Notes under the pieces: generated by a model
The model's database searches: none
What the model was told of the DNA's origin: nothing
The model's input: only the letters and a program-made list of their open reading frames with translations
Source of the DNA: Octopus sinensis
Lineage: Eukaryota
NCBI RefSeq assembly: GCF_006345805.1
Contig: NC_043007.1
Location: 4,464,001 to 4,528,000, forward strand
DNA length: 64,000 nucleotides
Direction: 5' to 3'
Position numbers and translations under genes: made by a program
Shown here: in pieces, positions 1 to 12,935 of the stretch
How positions within the stretch are numbered: the first letter of the stretch is position 1
How the letters are laid out: each line of letters begins with the position of its first letter

Positions 1-75
1 CTGGAGGGTATATCAGCCAAAACGTGTTAACAACAAACAAGAGGAGGACAAATATCCATCAAATGTAAATAATGA
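1..75 (+). mobile_element. 3' part of hammerhead-bearing SINE (same family as 20133-20458), cut by the window edge
   Basis: ctggagggtatatcagccaaaacgtgttaa...gaggacaaatatccatcaaatgtaaata matches 20354-20422. Confidence 0.75.
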
Positions 76-858
76 ATTACAATGTCTAGGCATAAATGTT
101 TCTTTTGAATCTTCATATCCTTTAGTATCATTTCATGTTCTGCTTTATGGTCACAGCTCGCATCCAAACTTTCCCCAACTTTCCCACTGTAAGATATTAG
201 CCCCTTGTCTTCTCTCCAATTCTCACAAACCTTCTGATCAGGCATCTTACATTCAGATACTTCGTGGGCAGCTGTCCCTTCTCTTTCAGCACATATTCTT
301 GATGCAGCTGAGCTGTCTTCTTTATTCTTTCTGACGTATCACATCAGCTGGTATCAAGCTCCTTTTGCAATTCTCTCCTTTCTTTAACCCCTGCATCAAC
401 TTGTCTAAGTACCCTTTCTCTCTAACTTTGCAGTTGAGCTTTTCTCTTTCTATTTTTGCTTCTTAGCTCTGAGGATTTCTCTTTTATCAATCTCTAACCT
501 AACATCTCATTTTATTCATACTTTACCCTCCAAACAAACAAATCAACAAGGTCATTTCACTGCCAGACAAAATGCCTTCTGGTGTTTGTTCTCACTTCTT
601 TTATGCCGAGTTCAAATCCCACTCTGATCATCTTTGTCTTTCATTCTTTTTGGGGTTGATAAAATAAGTAACTGCCGACCACTGGTGTGGGGTGGGAGGC
701 GGTCGGGTGACGTAACTGACTAACCCCTCCCCTCTAAAATTACTGGCCTTGTGTCAAAACTTGAAACAGTTATTGTTCTGTATTGGTATTGTTGTCATCA
801 TCGTCATTTTTATCATTGTCGTTATCGTCAACATTGTCATCATTCATCATCGTCATCA

Positions 859-901
<43 letters not shown>
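859..901. repeat. (CTA)n microsatellite after a degenerate (ATC/GTC)n tract
   Basis: Direct reading; explains the poly-T and poly-L ORFs. Confidence 0.95.
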
Positions 902-1730
902 GTTTTCATTATTTCTTTCTTTAATTTTGGAATCTAATACTAGATTATGTTGCCACCTTCAAGAACTGAAATCAGCCAGTAAATTTGGCCCTAAAGCATT
1001 TTATACTTATTTATTTGGTACTTAATCTAAATCTTCAACACATTTTAATTATTCTATTCTTTCCCAATAAAGTTGCTTTTGCTCTGCTTTTGGGTATTCT
1101 CTTTTCATTTTGATTTCTATTTTAGTTAATCATTTCCGTAATCTATTAGAGGTCGTATCAGTCTTGCTAATACATTTGTTTTCTTTTTGATGGCAGCATA
1201 TTTGCAATCTCTTCTTTGAGATCCCGATCATTCTCCATATTATCAAGTGTCTCCAGGTATTGCAGTAGCAATTATCCTACACTTTTCTTCATTCTTTGGT
1301 TAATTACTAGAATATAAGATCTACCGTTCTCTGTCATACAGTTGCATTACATAGTGAAATACAGGTGAGTGTCGATGCTGTTTCACAACACTAATTTACA
1401 TATGGCACATATTTCAGAAATGGCAAAGTGACTGAATCACCAGAGCATCAGGCAAAACGCATTCTGACATTTCCTTCTCAATTCAAATCTCAAAGAGATC
1501 AGTTTTTCCTTTCATCTTTATGGAAATCACTAATCTAAGTACCAATATTGCTTATCTGGTCAAATACAGGGATTAATATAATCAACTGCTCCATCCTTTC
1601 ACTCCCCCCCCACTCACTAAAAAATAATGTGTGGGCCTTGTGCATATCCTGAAGAATATCATTATTATTTGTTATCACTATAAAGGATGGTAACTGGCTG
1701 AATGATAGGGGTTTGAATGAAATACCTATT

Positions 1731-1959
1731 TCTTTACTACCCACAAGGGGCTAAACACAGAGGGGACAAACAAGGACAGACAAACGGATTAAGTCAATTA
1801 CATTGAACCCAGTGCATAACTGGTACTTATTTAATTGACCCTGAAAGGATGAACGATAAAGTCGACCTCGGCAGAATTTGAACTCAGAACATAGCTACTG
1901 ATGAAATACTACTAAGCATTTCGCCCAGTGTGCTAACGTTTCTACCAGCTTGCCACCTT
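1731..1959 (-). mobile_element. tRNA-derived SINE family A
   Basis: Minus strand starts aaggtggcaagctggtagaaacgttagcac, with B-box-like gagttcaaattc and core tcatcctttcagggtcaatta...aagtaccag. Many copies in the window; degenerate ones at about 560-770, 1415-1660, 2180-2370, 11365-11560, 20850-21245, 29750-29960, 36670-36865, 37100-37300, 42490-42680, 57355-57500 and 61337-61520. Confidence 0.9.
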
Positions 1960-3074
1960 GACTGTAATACCATGTAGTATTTATTCACTTATAGCCCTTT
2001 ACATTTTGCTTCAAATCTCATCAAAGTCTGTCTTCTATCCTCTGATATCAATTAAATAATTACCACTCAAATAAAGGGATCAATTTAAATGATTGACACC
2101 TAACTCCAGATTTCTGGTTTTATGTCTCTAGTAGAAAAAATTATAATTGCTGTTGTTGTTGTTGTTGATGGTTGTGTTGTTAAAGTGATGGATTGAGAGA
2201 ATGATTAGAATGTCTTGCAGTATTTGTTGTGGCTTTTTACATTTTGTCTTCACGTCCTGATGAAGGCAATATTACCATTCATCCTTTCAGGGTTGATAAA
2301 AAGAAAATGTATCTACCAAGTACTTCAACCTCATCTCCTCAAAATTGCTAGTTTTGCACCTGAATTAGAAAGAGTTATTATTATTAATTTCATGGGTGTT
2401 ATTTTTCTTTCACTACATTATCAGTAGAATATAAAACTTTTGGTAGAGTAGAAACTAAAGTCAAAAACAGAAAAAGAAATTTCCAAAATGGAGATCACTT
2501 TCGTCTGAAGAGAGAAAATATTATCTTTCATTATACGCAAAACTGACTTACCACATCTGTCTTATAGAAAAACTATTCCAACACTGGCTACACCTGTACA
2601 AATGCTTGTTTCAATACTGAAATTTAGAGAATGGTACGGCACTCAAATATGTTATTTAGAATTTTGCATGATGAGAAGAAAAGCTTAGCTATAGTATGGT
2701 CACTTTTAGAAATGGTCAAGATATTTTAACCAGAGTAAAATAACACTTCATTTCAATCCTAAAAAATATAATTGAATTGATTTCCAGCAGCCCCCATATC
2801 CACAAATCTCTGAAGAATTTCTCACACAAGCTGTTGTAGGAGCTAGATTCATTGATTGGCAGTTGACATGGCTTGGTAGTTAATAACCAAACACCAAAGA
2901 TTAGTAACAAGCACCATGGATCATTGGCATTGCAAAAGCTTTTAGTTTGACCTTGTAATTCTTGTCATCTCCCTGACTCACTTCACACACATTCACATAC
3001 ACCCTGTGTGTGTTCACACATGTGATTAGTCCTGAATATACTATAGAATGCAGTGATGTATTGTAACTGATGAT

Positions 3075-3280
3075 GAAGCCAGGAGGCTGCACCAGGCTCC
3101 AGTCTGGTCTGGCAGTGTTTCTACAGCTGGATGCCCTTCCTAACGCCAACCACTCCGTGAGTGTAGTGGGTGCCTTTTACGTGCCACCGTCACAGGTGCC
3201 AGGGGAGGCTGGCAGTGGTCACAATTGGTTGGTGCTTTTTATGTGCCACCAGCACAGAAGCCAGTCAAGGCACTGGCATC
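3075..3280 (-). mobile_element. SINE family B fragment
   Basis: ggctgcaccaggctccagtctg..ctggcagtgtttctacagctggatgcccttcctaacgccaaccactcc is shared with 6655-7190, 10420-10595 and other copies. Confidence 0.85.
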
Positions 3281-3368
3281 AGATGTGGAGGAAAAACAAG
3301 AAGAATTATTTTAAGATAAGATAAACAAGTAACTTTAGAAGAGTCTACAAATAACAGTATTGTACTTC

Positions 3369-3900
3369 TCAGTACTTTGAATGATATTCCTTTGCCTCTA
3401 GAATGGCCACAACATAGTCAGGTATGCTTTTGACCAAAATTTTGTTGTTATTTAGTATCTTCTGTGTCCAAACAAGCAATATTGTTTCTTTTGAATTCAA
3501 AATTGATGAAGCATCATACACTACAATTTTCATCTTCATATGCTACCATGCATTTTCTATAGCATTCAGGACAGGAAACGGTCCTGGTCATTTACCCAGT
3601 AGAATAACATTGTTCTCTCTAAGCCATTCTTTCTCCCATTTTGCAGAATAGCAGTATGTACTGCCATCCTGCTGTTGGAATACAGCATAATTACATGTGA
3701 TCCTATCAGAAGTCAACTTTTTATTTGTTTTGTCTTCATAGACAGTTAAAGCATGTCTTTAAGCCAGTTCCCTTTAATCCAATTTTTATGATCCCTGCTT
3801 AATCACAGGTGATCCTGGACACCTTTTTATGTTATCTCTGGAAATTTCACTGGATGTCTTGTAACTAGATTGAAGTCTTTCCCCAATCGACATTTTATTG
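3369..3900 (-). pseudogene. Tc1-family transposase relic
   Basis: Minus-strand translation VFQQQDGSTYCYSAKWEKEWLRENNVILLGK*PGPFPVLNAIENAW*HMKMK...LVKSIPDYVVAILEAKEYHSKY* matches the Tc1 motifs FQQDGA-H, WP--SPDLNPIENLW and LV-SMP-R--AVI-AKG--TKY*. Confidence 0.8.
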
Positions 3901-4199
3901 TCAAAGTATTGCCTTTTACTGTTGCTAGCGACTGTGTTTGTTATAGCACAGGTAAATGGTGTAAATAGGGATGCAACACAAAGAAAATTAATCATAAGCA
4001 GTTTGGAAAGTTGCAGCATGAAGTCTGCCTGACCTACCAAATGATTTGTTGCCACCTGTCTGACAAAATTGAAGCAAAGCCTCCTGGGCGACCTTAACAG
4101 AGATATTTCACTATGTTGATATCTTCTTGAGTAGGATTCTGTTACCATGTAAAGCAACAAGTTGGACGCTTTTTGGATAGCATTTCTGTAACGTCTTGT

Positions 4200-4910
4200 G
4201 AAATACTGATGTGCATTGAGTGTCAGAAATGTCAAACGGAAGATGAAATTATAAAGTATTGCGTGGAGTCAAATATTTGGCAATATCTTGGTAACTTTTT
4301 TGCTTTATTCATCAAGCAAAGACAGGCAAGTATTCACAGTAGAGACCATTGTGTTGCAACCTCTGAAGCCACTTTTCTGCCAGTTCTTTGATCCCATACA
4401 GATACCAGTTCTTGTCTTTTGAAGCATCACAAGCACAGGAAGTGAGCCATGGATCAGAGCATTTAATAATTGGAGGGAGATATTTTCCCACAATCCTAAC
4501 GTGTATAAGCAGTGGTTAAGCAAGGGCCAGCTTCCAGAACCTGTTACCGAACATGGGCATTTGGAATACAAGGTGATGCTCTGTATCTGGAATTATGAAG
4601 GGACAATTGACTATGAGTTTGTTCTGGACTGTTGAATTACTGAGGCCAGTCTGGAACTCCAAACAGTTGGAGCAAATGTAGGCAACTGTGCGGCAGAAAT
4701 GGCTGGCATTGGTTAACAAGACAACACAAGATCTCATGCCATTCAAATGATCTGGAGTAAATTCCAGGAACTTGAGGGAATTGGTCTGATACTGCATGCA
4801 GTATTGAGTCCAGACTGATCTCCCTCAGATTATTACTTGCTTTGATCGAAGGCTCAATTCTTTTGATCACAACACTTCATCAACCAAAAGGAGGTGGAAG
4901 CTTCAGTGAC
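4200..4910 (+). pseudogene. mariner transposase relic
   Basis: HNPNVYKQWLSKGQLPEP...KVMLCIWNYEGTIDYEFV (4570-4625), QDNTRSH (about 4717) and HAVLSPD*SPSDYYL (about 4795-4840) match the mariner motifs KVMLCVWW, HDNARPH and YSPDLAPSDYHLF. Contains stops and frameshifts. Confidence 0.85.
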
Positions 4911-5099
4911 ACTCAATATAAACTTGGTGATTAGTGATATCAAGCTGGACAGATTCAGAGACACAAGACAATTTAGAAAAGGATGGCATGAAAGTTGAAA
5001 GACTCCATGGCCAGATATGAATTCAAAGAAGTATGAGTTAACAAGGGTAACGAGAATGAAGAGATTTCTAGAGGTTCATAGTATCAAAGACAACTAGGA

Positions 5100-5330
5100 G
5101 AATTTACAAGACGACCTGCTGTTAAGCATAGTCTGAATGTGTGAATGGAGCATGGTTCTAGTGAAAGGGGAAGTGCCCTGGTGGTGAATAGTGCAGTGAT
5201 GGCCATATAAGGTAAGAGACAAACCCAGAAAGACTGGGAGGAAGAAGAGAGTAAAGGATGATGAAGACAAGGTATTGTTGGCTGTAGGTCTTTGGCCATA
5301 TTCCATAGTATTGCACAGCATTGAGGGAAG
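5100..5330 (+). mobile_element. Possible RTE LINE 3' relic
   Basis: agagacaaacccagaaagactggg (RDKPRKT) resembles the RTE C-terminal RGRPRKTW; very degraded. Confidence 0.35.
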
Positions 5331-5773
5331 CTGTTAACACACACATAAAATACATGTTATACATGTATATCTGTGCATGTGTGAGAGAGTGTGTAAATGT
5401 GTGTGCACAAGGGGGTGGGGAGGGGTAAGTGTTGTAAATACTAAAGAGAATAATTCCCTGGAAGGGACATAACTCAATAGGTGAATGGGACCATTCAGTA
5501 AGTAGCAAAAAATAAATTGAGCTTTAGACTAAGCAGTACAGCAAATATAATTAACGAAGACTATAGGCCAGTAACCGAAACCAGTTAAAGGGCTGCAACT
5601 AGTAAAAGGGAAAGGGCAAACAAATATGGGGTCTCACATACAGGGACAGGAGAGATTTCCTCTAGTAAACACAAGTACAAATTTTAAAAACAAATCTAAT
5701 ACAGATACAATCACCCCTATATACTAAAAATACAGGACATTTGCATGTGTGTGTGTGTGTACTGATACACACG

Positions 5774-5815
<42 letters not shown>

Positions 5816-6654
5816 TACAAGGGAAGCAACTCTACACAGCTCTGAATACCATAGTCATCTTTACTCGTGTTCATAACCATCCCATATTCAAAGTCCCACT
5901 CTGTCATGGAAACATAACTTGTAGACACTTACCTACTTCCACACTGTTAGTCATTCATACTTCTCATATTTTTTCTATAATTTGTACAAACAGAGAGGGC
6001 AGTGCCTACATCATTTCTTATGTTTCATTTGGAATGTTTGAAAGAGTTAATGTCTAGTAGGCATACCTGCCAAAAGAGACGTTAAGAACACACCCAAAAC
6101 AAACTCATTAGTCTGCACACGCATACACACCTGCATGTACACACACACACACACACATGTACAAGCACAAATCTCTGCTCAAAAGCACAACACACAAAAT
6201 TGAATACTTATGCAGAAGCACAGACTCACATATACAAACACATTCATACACGTACACACACATTCATACACGTACACACACGTACACACACACGTACACA
6301 CACACACACACGTACACACACACACACACACACACACACATTAAGCTTAGTATAAACAAAAACAGACAAAAAGAAATTTCCGATTATCTTAAGAAAATAT
6401 TTTCATTTATGACTTTATACAAAAGCAATCAAATTTGGTGTTTTCAATGGCAGCAAGGATGGGTTCAGAGCAATTAACATGACCTAATTTGTGAAGGAAT
6501 TAATTACTAGTGTATATTGTCTTGTGCTGATGGTAGTAGGTGATATAATACAGCGAGACAGTCTGAGACACACATAACTAATGAAACAGACCCCACCTTC
6601 AGATCAATATTCAACAATAAGGCAAGAAGAGGGTGCTTTTTTAATGTCATGTAA

Positions 6655-7195
6655 ACATCATCATCGTCATCATCATCATCGTTTAACGTCCGTTTTCCAC
6701 GCTAGCATGGGTTGGACGATTTGACCAGGGTCTGGGAAGCCAGTAGGCTGCACCAGGCTCCAGTCTGATCTGGCAGTGTTTCTACAGCTGGATGTCCTTC
6801 CTAACGCCAACCACTCTATGAGTGTAGTGGGTGCTTTTTATGTGCCACCGGCACAGGAGCCAGAGGAGGCTGGCAATCAGCCATGATTGATTGGTGCTTT
6901 TACGTGTCACCAACACAGATGCCAGTCAGGCGGCGCTGGCATCTGCCATGTTCAGGCGGTGCTTTTTACATGTCACCGGCACGGGTATCTTAACTACAAT
7001 TTCCATTTGATATTCATTTTGATGCTGGTGTTAACGTACATGACTCAATAGGTCTCCTCAAGAACAGCGGGTCACTCTACAATTCAAGGTTAGCACAGCA
7101 GGCCATCCTGCGAGCCATGAACTCACTTGATTTGTTGGGTCTTCACAGTCACAGCATATCTCAGAGGTCTCGGTCTTCATCATTTCCTCTGTGAG
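6655..7195 (-). mobile_element. SINE family B, long copy with (GAT)n tail
   Basis: (CAT)n-gtttaacgtccgttttcca-gctagcatgggttggacg... followed by internal repeats of ggtgcttttatgtgccaccggcac. Other copies at 16668-17025, 34730-35085 (+), 36455-36600, 36900-37090 (+), 40120-40545 (+), 41144-41297 (+) and 53918-54310. Confidence 0.9.
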
Positions 7196-8324
7196 GCCCT
7201 ACGGTGCAGTATTGCCAATTGGTTAAGAAGTTCACTTCACAATCATAAGGTTCCTTGCTTGATCCCACCACATGGAATCTTGGGCAAATATCATTTTTAA
7301 TAGCATTGGGCTAGCCCATACCTTGTAAATAAACTAGGATAGATAGGAAATGGAAGTTGTTTTCAAGTTCAACAGGCAGATTCTACCTGTAATTCAAAAT
7401 GAAACAGCCTTGTCAAACTGTGTCATACTAATTTTACCTGAGGATTACATTAATGTGTGTGTTGAGGCACATGTCTTACTAAGTGGCTGAAGTGTAGGGC
7501 TCGTGATCACAAGGTTGTAATTTGGACAGTGTATTACGTTTTTGGCCAAGGTACATTATTTCAAACTGCTCCAGTTTATTCAACTAAAAATGAGCAACTA
7601 GCCCCTATTCATTCGGTTATCTCCTCCTTTGATGTTGCACAGGGTCTAAGATTGGAGACCTGAAGGTGTGTCTGTATCTGCTCACAAATTACAACAAGAA
7701 ACCAGGTCCTGATTGCATGCAACAGAGTAGACCTTATTCAAAGCACTTAATGATCAGGTGGAGATGTTACATCAAGTGACGGATTAAGTACGGCACAAAA
7801 AATCTTGAAACGAATCTCATGGAATTAGATATTTGCATATTAGAATTGAATGATTTCTCTACACAAATGTACTCTTTATATATCTGCTTTTGACAAATCA
7901 TGGTTTTCTTACCTTTTGTTTTCCATTCATTATTTATATACACTTGTTTTGTTGTTTTTCTCTCTCTTTACAATGCTGCTTGTAATAATGTAGCTTCCAA
8001 TGCTTCTGGGAGCATTACTTTCTATGCTCAACTTTGCAGCATTGCTAAAAGACAGGTTAATCTGCTCTGAATCCTAAGAATCAATGAGGTTGAAGTTAAA
8101 TTCCAATTTCCATAGCATTAAGAGGATAGGACATAAATCTTCAGCTGGTGTATTTATTATATCCCACAGTGTTGGACATAATCTGTTTTCTGTAGATAAA
8201 CTTACTTAATCTTGCTGCGAGGTTTGTGCTGAAACCTAAATTAATGAAAACACGTGATCACCATCAAGAGCTAGAATTTGGTTCCATTTGAATTCACTTT
8301 GACGAAAAAGAAAAAAGAAGCTGG

Positions 8325-8326
<2 letters not shown>

Positions 8327-8373
<47 letters not shown>

Positions 8374-8617
8374 TATATATATACATATATATATGTATGT
8401 TTATAAATATATATATATATATACATATATATGTATATAAATATATATATATACATATATATGTATATAAATATACATATATATATACACATATATATGT
8501 ATATATATATATATATATACACACACACAATATATATACTATATGTATGTATGTATATAAATATATATATATATACATATATATGTATATAAATATATAT
8601 ATATATACATATATATG

Positions 8618-8683
<66 letters not shown>

Positions 8684-8685
8684 TA
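8327..8685. repeat. Compound (TA)n/(CA)n microsatellite
   Basis: Direct reading. Confidence 0.95.
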
Positions 8686-9107
8686 TGTGAGTGTAGGCAT
8701 GTATGTACAGATAGACAAGCACCTGTCTGTCCACTTTTCTTCTAGATTTCTTACGAGATTTCAAGCCTGTCACTAACAAAATGACAAAACTTTTTGAATT
8801 AAGAGAATTCTTGGTGTTTGTAAATTTGTGATTGAGTTGGTGCATTGCTTGAACCGTTGATGCACACAAACAAGCATGTGCATCTATTCATTTAAAGAAT
8901 CTCAGATGGAGAATCTTTTGAATATCTCACAGATTTTCACTGTGCTGCTAATAGATAGAAACTGGAAAATGTGTGTCAGGTTTTTGTTCTCTTTCTTTGA
9001 AAAATTTAGTATTTCTAGGTTTTTGTGTAAATCTGTTGATACATAGCCTAATGCGACTTTGATAATTGGTACATAAGTAAATTTATAATCAAGGTAGGAG
9101 AGCTCCA

Positions 9108-9276
9108 CATTGGTTCACTGCAGAAAACAGCACTGCTTGGAATGGTTCAAATACTCCGGAAGGTGCTTGAAAAATAACAGGTGTTACCTTTGTTCAATTG
9201 TAGTAAACAGCAGATACCGTAGTACATCTCCAGCATTAGAAGCTGTGGAAAGGCAATGATGATGATAATAATAATT
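9108..9276 (+). mobile_element. 3' end of R4/Dong-like non-LTR retrotransposon
   Basis: 9118-9177 encodes LQKTALLGMVQILRKVLEK*, the typical R4/Dong C-terminus LQK-ALLGTARILRKVL. A short 3'UTR and a (TGA)n(TAA)n tail follow. Confidence 0.8.
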
Positions 9277-9284
9277 ATGTTAAT

Positions 9285-10595
9285 ATTGTGAAGACCTTGA
9301 CACTTGTGAAGACCTGTTGAGGCAAGTGTGTGACACTTGTGAAGACCTGTTGAGGCAGAGGCAAGTGTGTGACACTTGTGGAGACCTGTTGAGGCAAGTG
9401 TGTGACCCTTGTGAAGACCTGTTGAGGCAAGTGAAAATCAAACAAATCAAAATAGATGAATATAATGGAATTTGTATCTTTGTGGTTCCAGTACCGGTGG
9501 CACACAAGAAAACCATCCGAACGTGGCCGTCGACTGGCCTCCGTGCTGTGGGCACAACAAACACCATCTGATCGTGGCCGTTCGCCAGCCTCACCTGGCC
9601 CTGTGTCGGGGCACATAAAAACACCACCACCATCCAAAGACCGCACGCAGTCCACGTGCTTACCGTAGTAAGTCCAGTGTGACCTTCCCTCTTATGACAC
9701 TGTGAAGACCTGTTGAGGCAGAGGCAAGTGTGTGACACTTTGTGAAGACCTGTTGAGGCAGAGCAAGTGTGTGACACTTGTGGAACCTGTTGAGGCAAGT
9801 GTGTGACACGCGTGACACTTGTGAAGACCTGTTGAGGCAAGTGAAATCAACAAATCAAAATAGATGAACATCAATGGATTTGTATCTTTGTGGTTCCAGT
9901 ACCGGTGGCACACAAGAAAACCATCCGATCGTGGCCGTTCGCCAGCCACACTGGCACCTGTGTCGGTGGCACATAAAGACACCATCCGAAGACCCGGCGA
10001 CGTAGACAGTCCACCTATGCATACCTTCCTTCTTGTGACACTTGTGAAGACCTGTTGAGGCAAGTGAAAATCAAATCAAATCAAATCAAATCAAATCAAA
10101 ACAAATCAAAATAGATGAACATAAATGAATTTGTATCTTTGTGGTACCAGTGCCGGTGGCACACAAGAAAATCATCCGAACGTGGCCGTAGCCAGTACCG
10201 CATAGACTGGCCTCCGTGCTTTGGGGACGTAACAAACACCATCCGATCGTGGCCGTCCGCCAGCCTCATCTGGCACCTGTGTCGGTGGCACATAAAACAC
10301 ACCAGCGTGGCTCGTCTGCCAGCCTCGTCTGGCACCTGTGTCGGTGGCACATAAAAACACCATCCGAGCGTGGCCGTTCGCCAGCCTCGTCTGGCACCTG
10401 TGTCGGTGGCACATAAAATCACCCACTACACTCTCGGAGTGGTTGGCGTTAGAAGGGCATCCAGCTGTAGAAACACTGCCAGATCTGACTGGCCTGGTGC
10501 AGCCTTCGGGCTCCCCAGACCCCAGTTGAACCGTCCAACCCATGCTAGCATGGAAAACGGACGCTAAATGATGATGATGATGATGATGATGATAT
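9285..10595 (+). repeat. SINE family B locus expanded into nested minisatellites
   Basis: Units of about 33-39 bp (gtgacacttgtgaagacctgttgaggcaagtgt) and about 60 bp (ggcacctgtgtcggtggcacataaaaacaccatccgatcgtggccgttcgccagcctcgtct) form three higher-order blocks, ending in the family B (GAT)n tail. Confidence 0.9.
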
Positions 10596-11943
10596 TAACA
10601 TTTTCTAAAAGTTGGAACCCACTAATTGTAATTCGGAGTTACCAATTCTCAAATAACAGATGAAGTGAATTAATTAAATTTAAGCATCTATATGACATCA
10701 AAAGTAATAAATATTAAAATTTTGATATAAATTAAATAGAAGCCATCCGATATCTATCAACAGAGACAATCAAAAACCATACAAAGCAAAAAAACACAGT
10801 GAAGAAGACTGTCCAAAATCCACCAATTAAGCATAGTGGAATAGCCCAAAAGAAAACTCTAGTTTGTGGAATTAAAAAAAAAATGTTAAATTATGCTTGG
10901 AAAAGAAACTCCGTTGTTATAAAGCAGTCTGAGTTTGAAATCTAGCAACAATGTTAAACAGGCCAGTCTAAAGTCCACTTACTCGGTGTTTTAGAATAGT
11001 TCGAACAAGAAGCTTTGACCTGTTACTCCAAAAATTTTGCTGTAATGTGTTCACTAAGAAAAGAAATTAAGTTGTCATGGTGCTGTTATAAGTGCTATTA
11101 TAGGGCATTTTAAAATATCTCATTAAGTATTTTGATTTATGATTATAAAAGAAAATGTATTATTTTTGTATGAATGTTTAAGAAGTTTTATGAAACAAAA
11201 ATAGTCATGATTATCAATTGTAAATACAATAGGCACAGCAGGCAGTCATTTTCAAAAGCATGAATTCATAGTAAATTCAAGACTTAAGACAATTGCATTC
11301 ACGTGGAGAACAGGATGTAGAGATGCGTTTGAAGTTTTCATTCTGAATATTTGCTAATGTTAAGAGCAGTAAGCTGGCAGAATCGTTTGCATGCTAGGCA
11401 GAACGCTTAGCAGCATTTCATTTGTCTTTACTTTCTCAGGTTGGTTTTGCCTTTTAACCTTTTGGGGTCAATATAACAAGTGCCAGTTGAGCACTGGAGC
11501 CAATGTAATCTTACTTACTCACCTCTGTCGACCTCGCTGGTCTTGGGCCAAAATTTGAAAGCAATGTTTTGCTAATGTTCTAACAGAATTATGTAAAGTA
11601 ACAACTTAGGATCTTTCAGAAAATATTTATCTAATGAAGAAATTTTTCAGCTCACATTAAGACTGAATGGGTAATTAAACCAAATAATTTTACAGTTTCC
11701 GTTTTTCCATCTCAAAAAAATTATTTTTATATTTGCAATTAATTTCATTTGTGAAACCATTGTGTTTCAATACATTGTTATAATATGGGTTTGCTTATTA
11801 TCAGATGAAATACTTGACAACCATATTCTTATCTTGTTATATTTTGGGATGGTCATTTTTGGCTTCTTGACAAATAAACACACGCACTATACATTCATTC
11901 TTCACTGCTTCATTATTGTTCTCATTCTATCTTATGTCTATTG

Positions 11944-11985
11944 CCTGGAAATCTTTTGTCACACACCTGTGACCTCTTCAGTAAA
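11944..11985 (-). ncRNA. Degenerate minimal hammerhead ribozyme downstream of the Penelope RT relic
   Basis: Minus strand CTGAAGA-G-GTCAC-aggtgt-GTGAC-AAAA gives a perfect 5-bp stem II. G12 is replaced by A, consistent with CpG decay; stem I is unclear. Confidence 0.45.
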
Positions 11986-12049
11986 TCTTCCATCCCATGT
12001 GTCTCCTTCTGTTCTGTTTAGTCCATTCTGTCTTTCTAATCATTTTTAC

Positions 12050-12657
12050 TGAATTATTAATAGTGGCTAGGGAGGTTTCATTTGATTCCTTAAACGATGA
12101 GCATTTATGCCTTTAAGTTCTTGGTGATATCCTAAAAGTTTTTAACGCATACAAAATTCTTTTTATATTTGTCTAGATGTTGGGCATTCATACTTTGTGT
12201 GCTAATAAGCCCATCATTTTTATATAAACCAGGCTGCAAATTATCAAACATTTTATGAAACAGATGTAAAATGCTGGGATGAATATGCCTGGAAATTTCA
12301 GCAGTCCCAGCTTCCATAGCTACATCAAAAGTGTCATCCTTTTTAACCAGAAGTCATTATCACTGACATTAAAATCGTTGATTAGAATGTGATTTGGAGG
12401 AAAAACTCTGGCCTTTTAATGTAGATATTCATTTGTCAAGAAATAAAATGCAGTGATATTGAACTCAATAAATTTATGTGAGTCTATGATCGTTATTCTT
12501 AAACCAATGAACTACAAAAATATTATTAGAGAATGGTGAATTAGTTATTTGTTTAATCCTAACAGTAATAGTTTCTATAATAATTTTTATCACTATATCA
12601 GACTCATTTTTGGTGTTTTTCACTGTTGTAAAACTTTAGGGGAATTCAATTCTGGAT
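12050..12657 (-). pseudogene. Penelope-like element reverse transcriptase relic
   Basis: Minus-strand pieces in order: NTKNESDIVIKIIIETITVRIKQ, VVHWFKN, KFIEFNITAFYF, FWLK..DTFDVAMEAGTAEIS, GLYKNDGL, LDKYKK, ITKNLK. These match PLE RT motifs VI-WF, FDI-DFYPSI, W-KK---FDVTMGSYDGAE and GLYRDDGL. Confidence 0.75.
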
Positions 12658-12669
12658 CAACTTTTAATA

Positions 12670-12935
12670 CTTACATACATACATACATACATAATATATA
12701 CATATATACATACATACATAATATATACATACATACATAATATATACATACATACATATATACATACATAATACATGCATACATACATACATAATACATA
12801 ATACATACATACATACATACATAATATATACATACATATATACATATATACATACATATATACATATATACATACATACATACATACATACATACATGCA
12901 TGTTTTCATGCATACATGCTTGCATACATACATAT
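12670..12935. repeat. (TACA)n/(TA)n microsatellite
   Basis: Direct reading. Confidence 0.95.

Noticed and set aside
5551-5590. cgaaga...GAAACCAGTT possible decayed hammerhead
   Set aside because: The CUG of the core is missing and stem II is weak; cannot be supported without a family consensus.
9285-10420. CRISPR-like array of about 33-bp repeats
   Set aside because: No unique spacers, units derive from SINE B, no cas genes, eukaryotic context.
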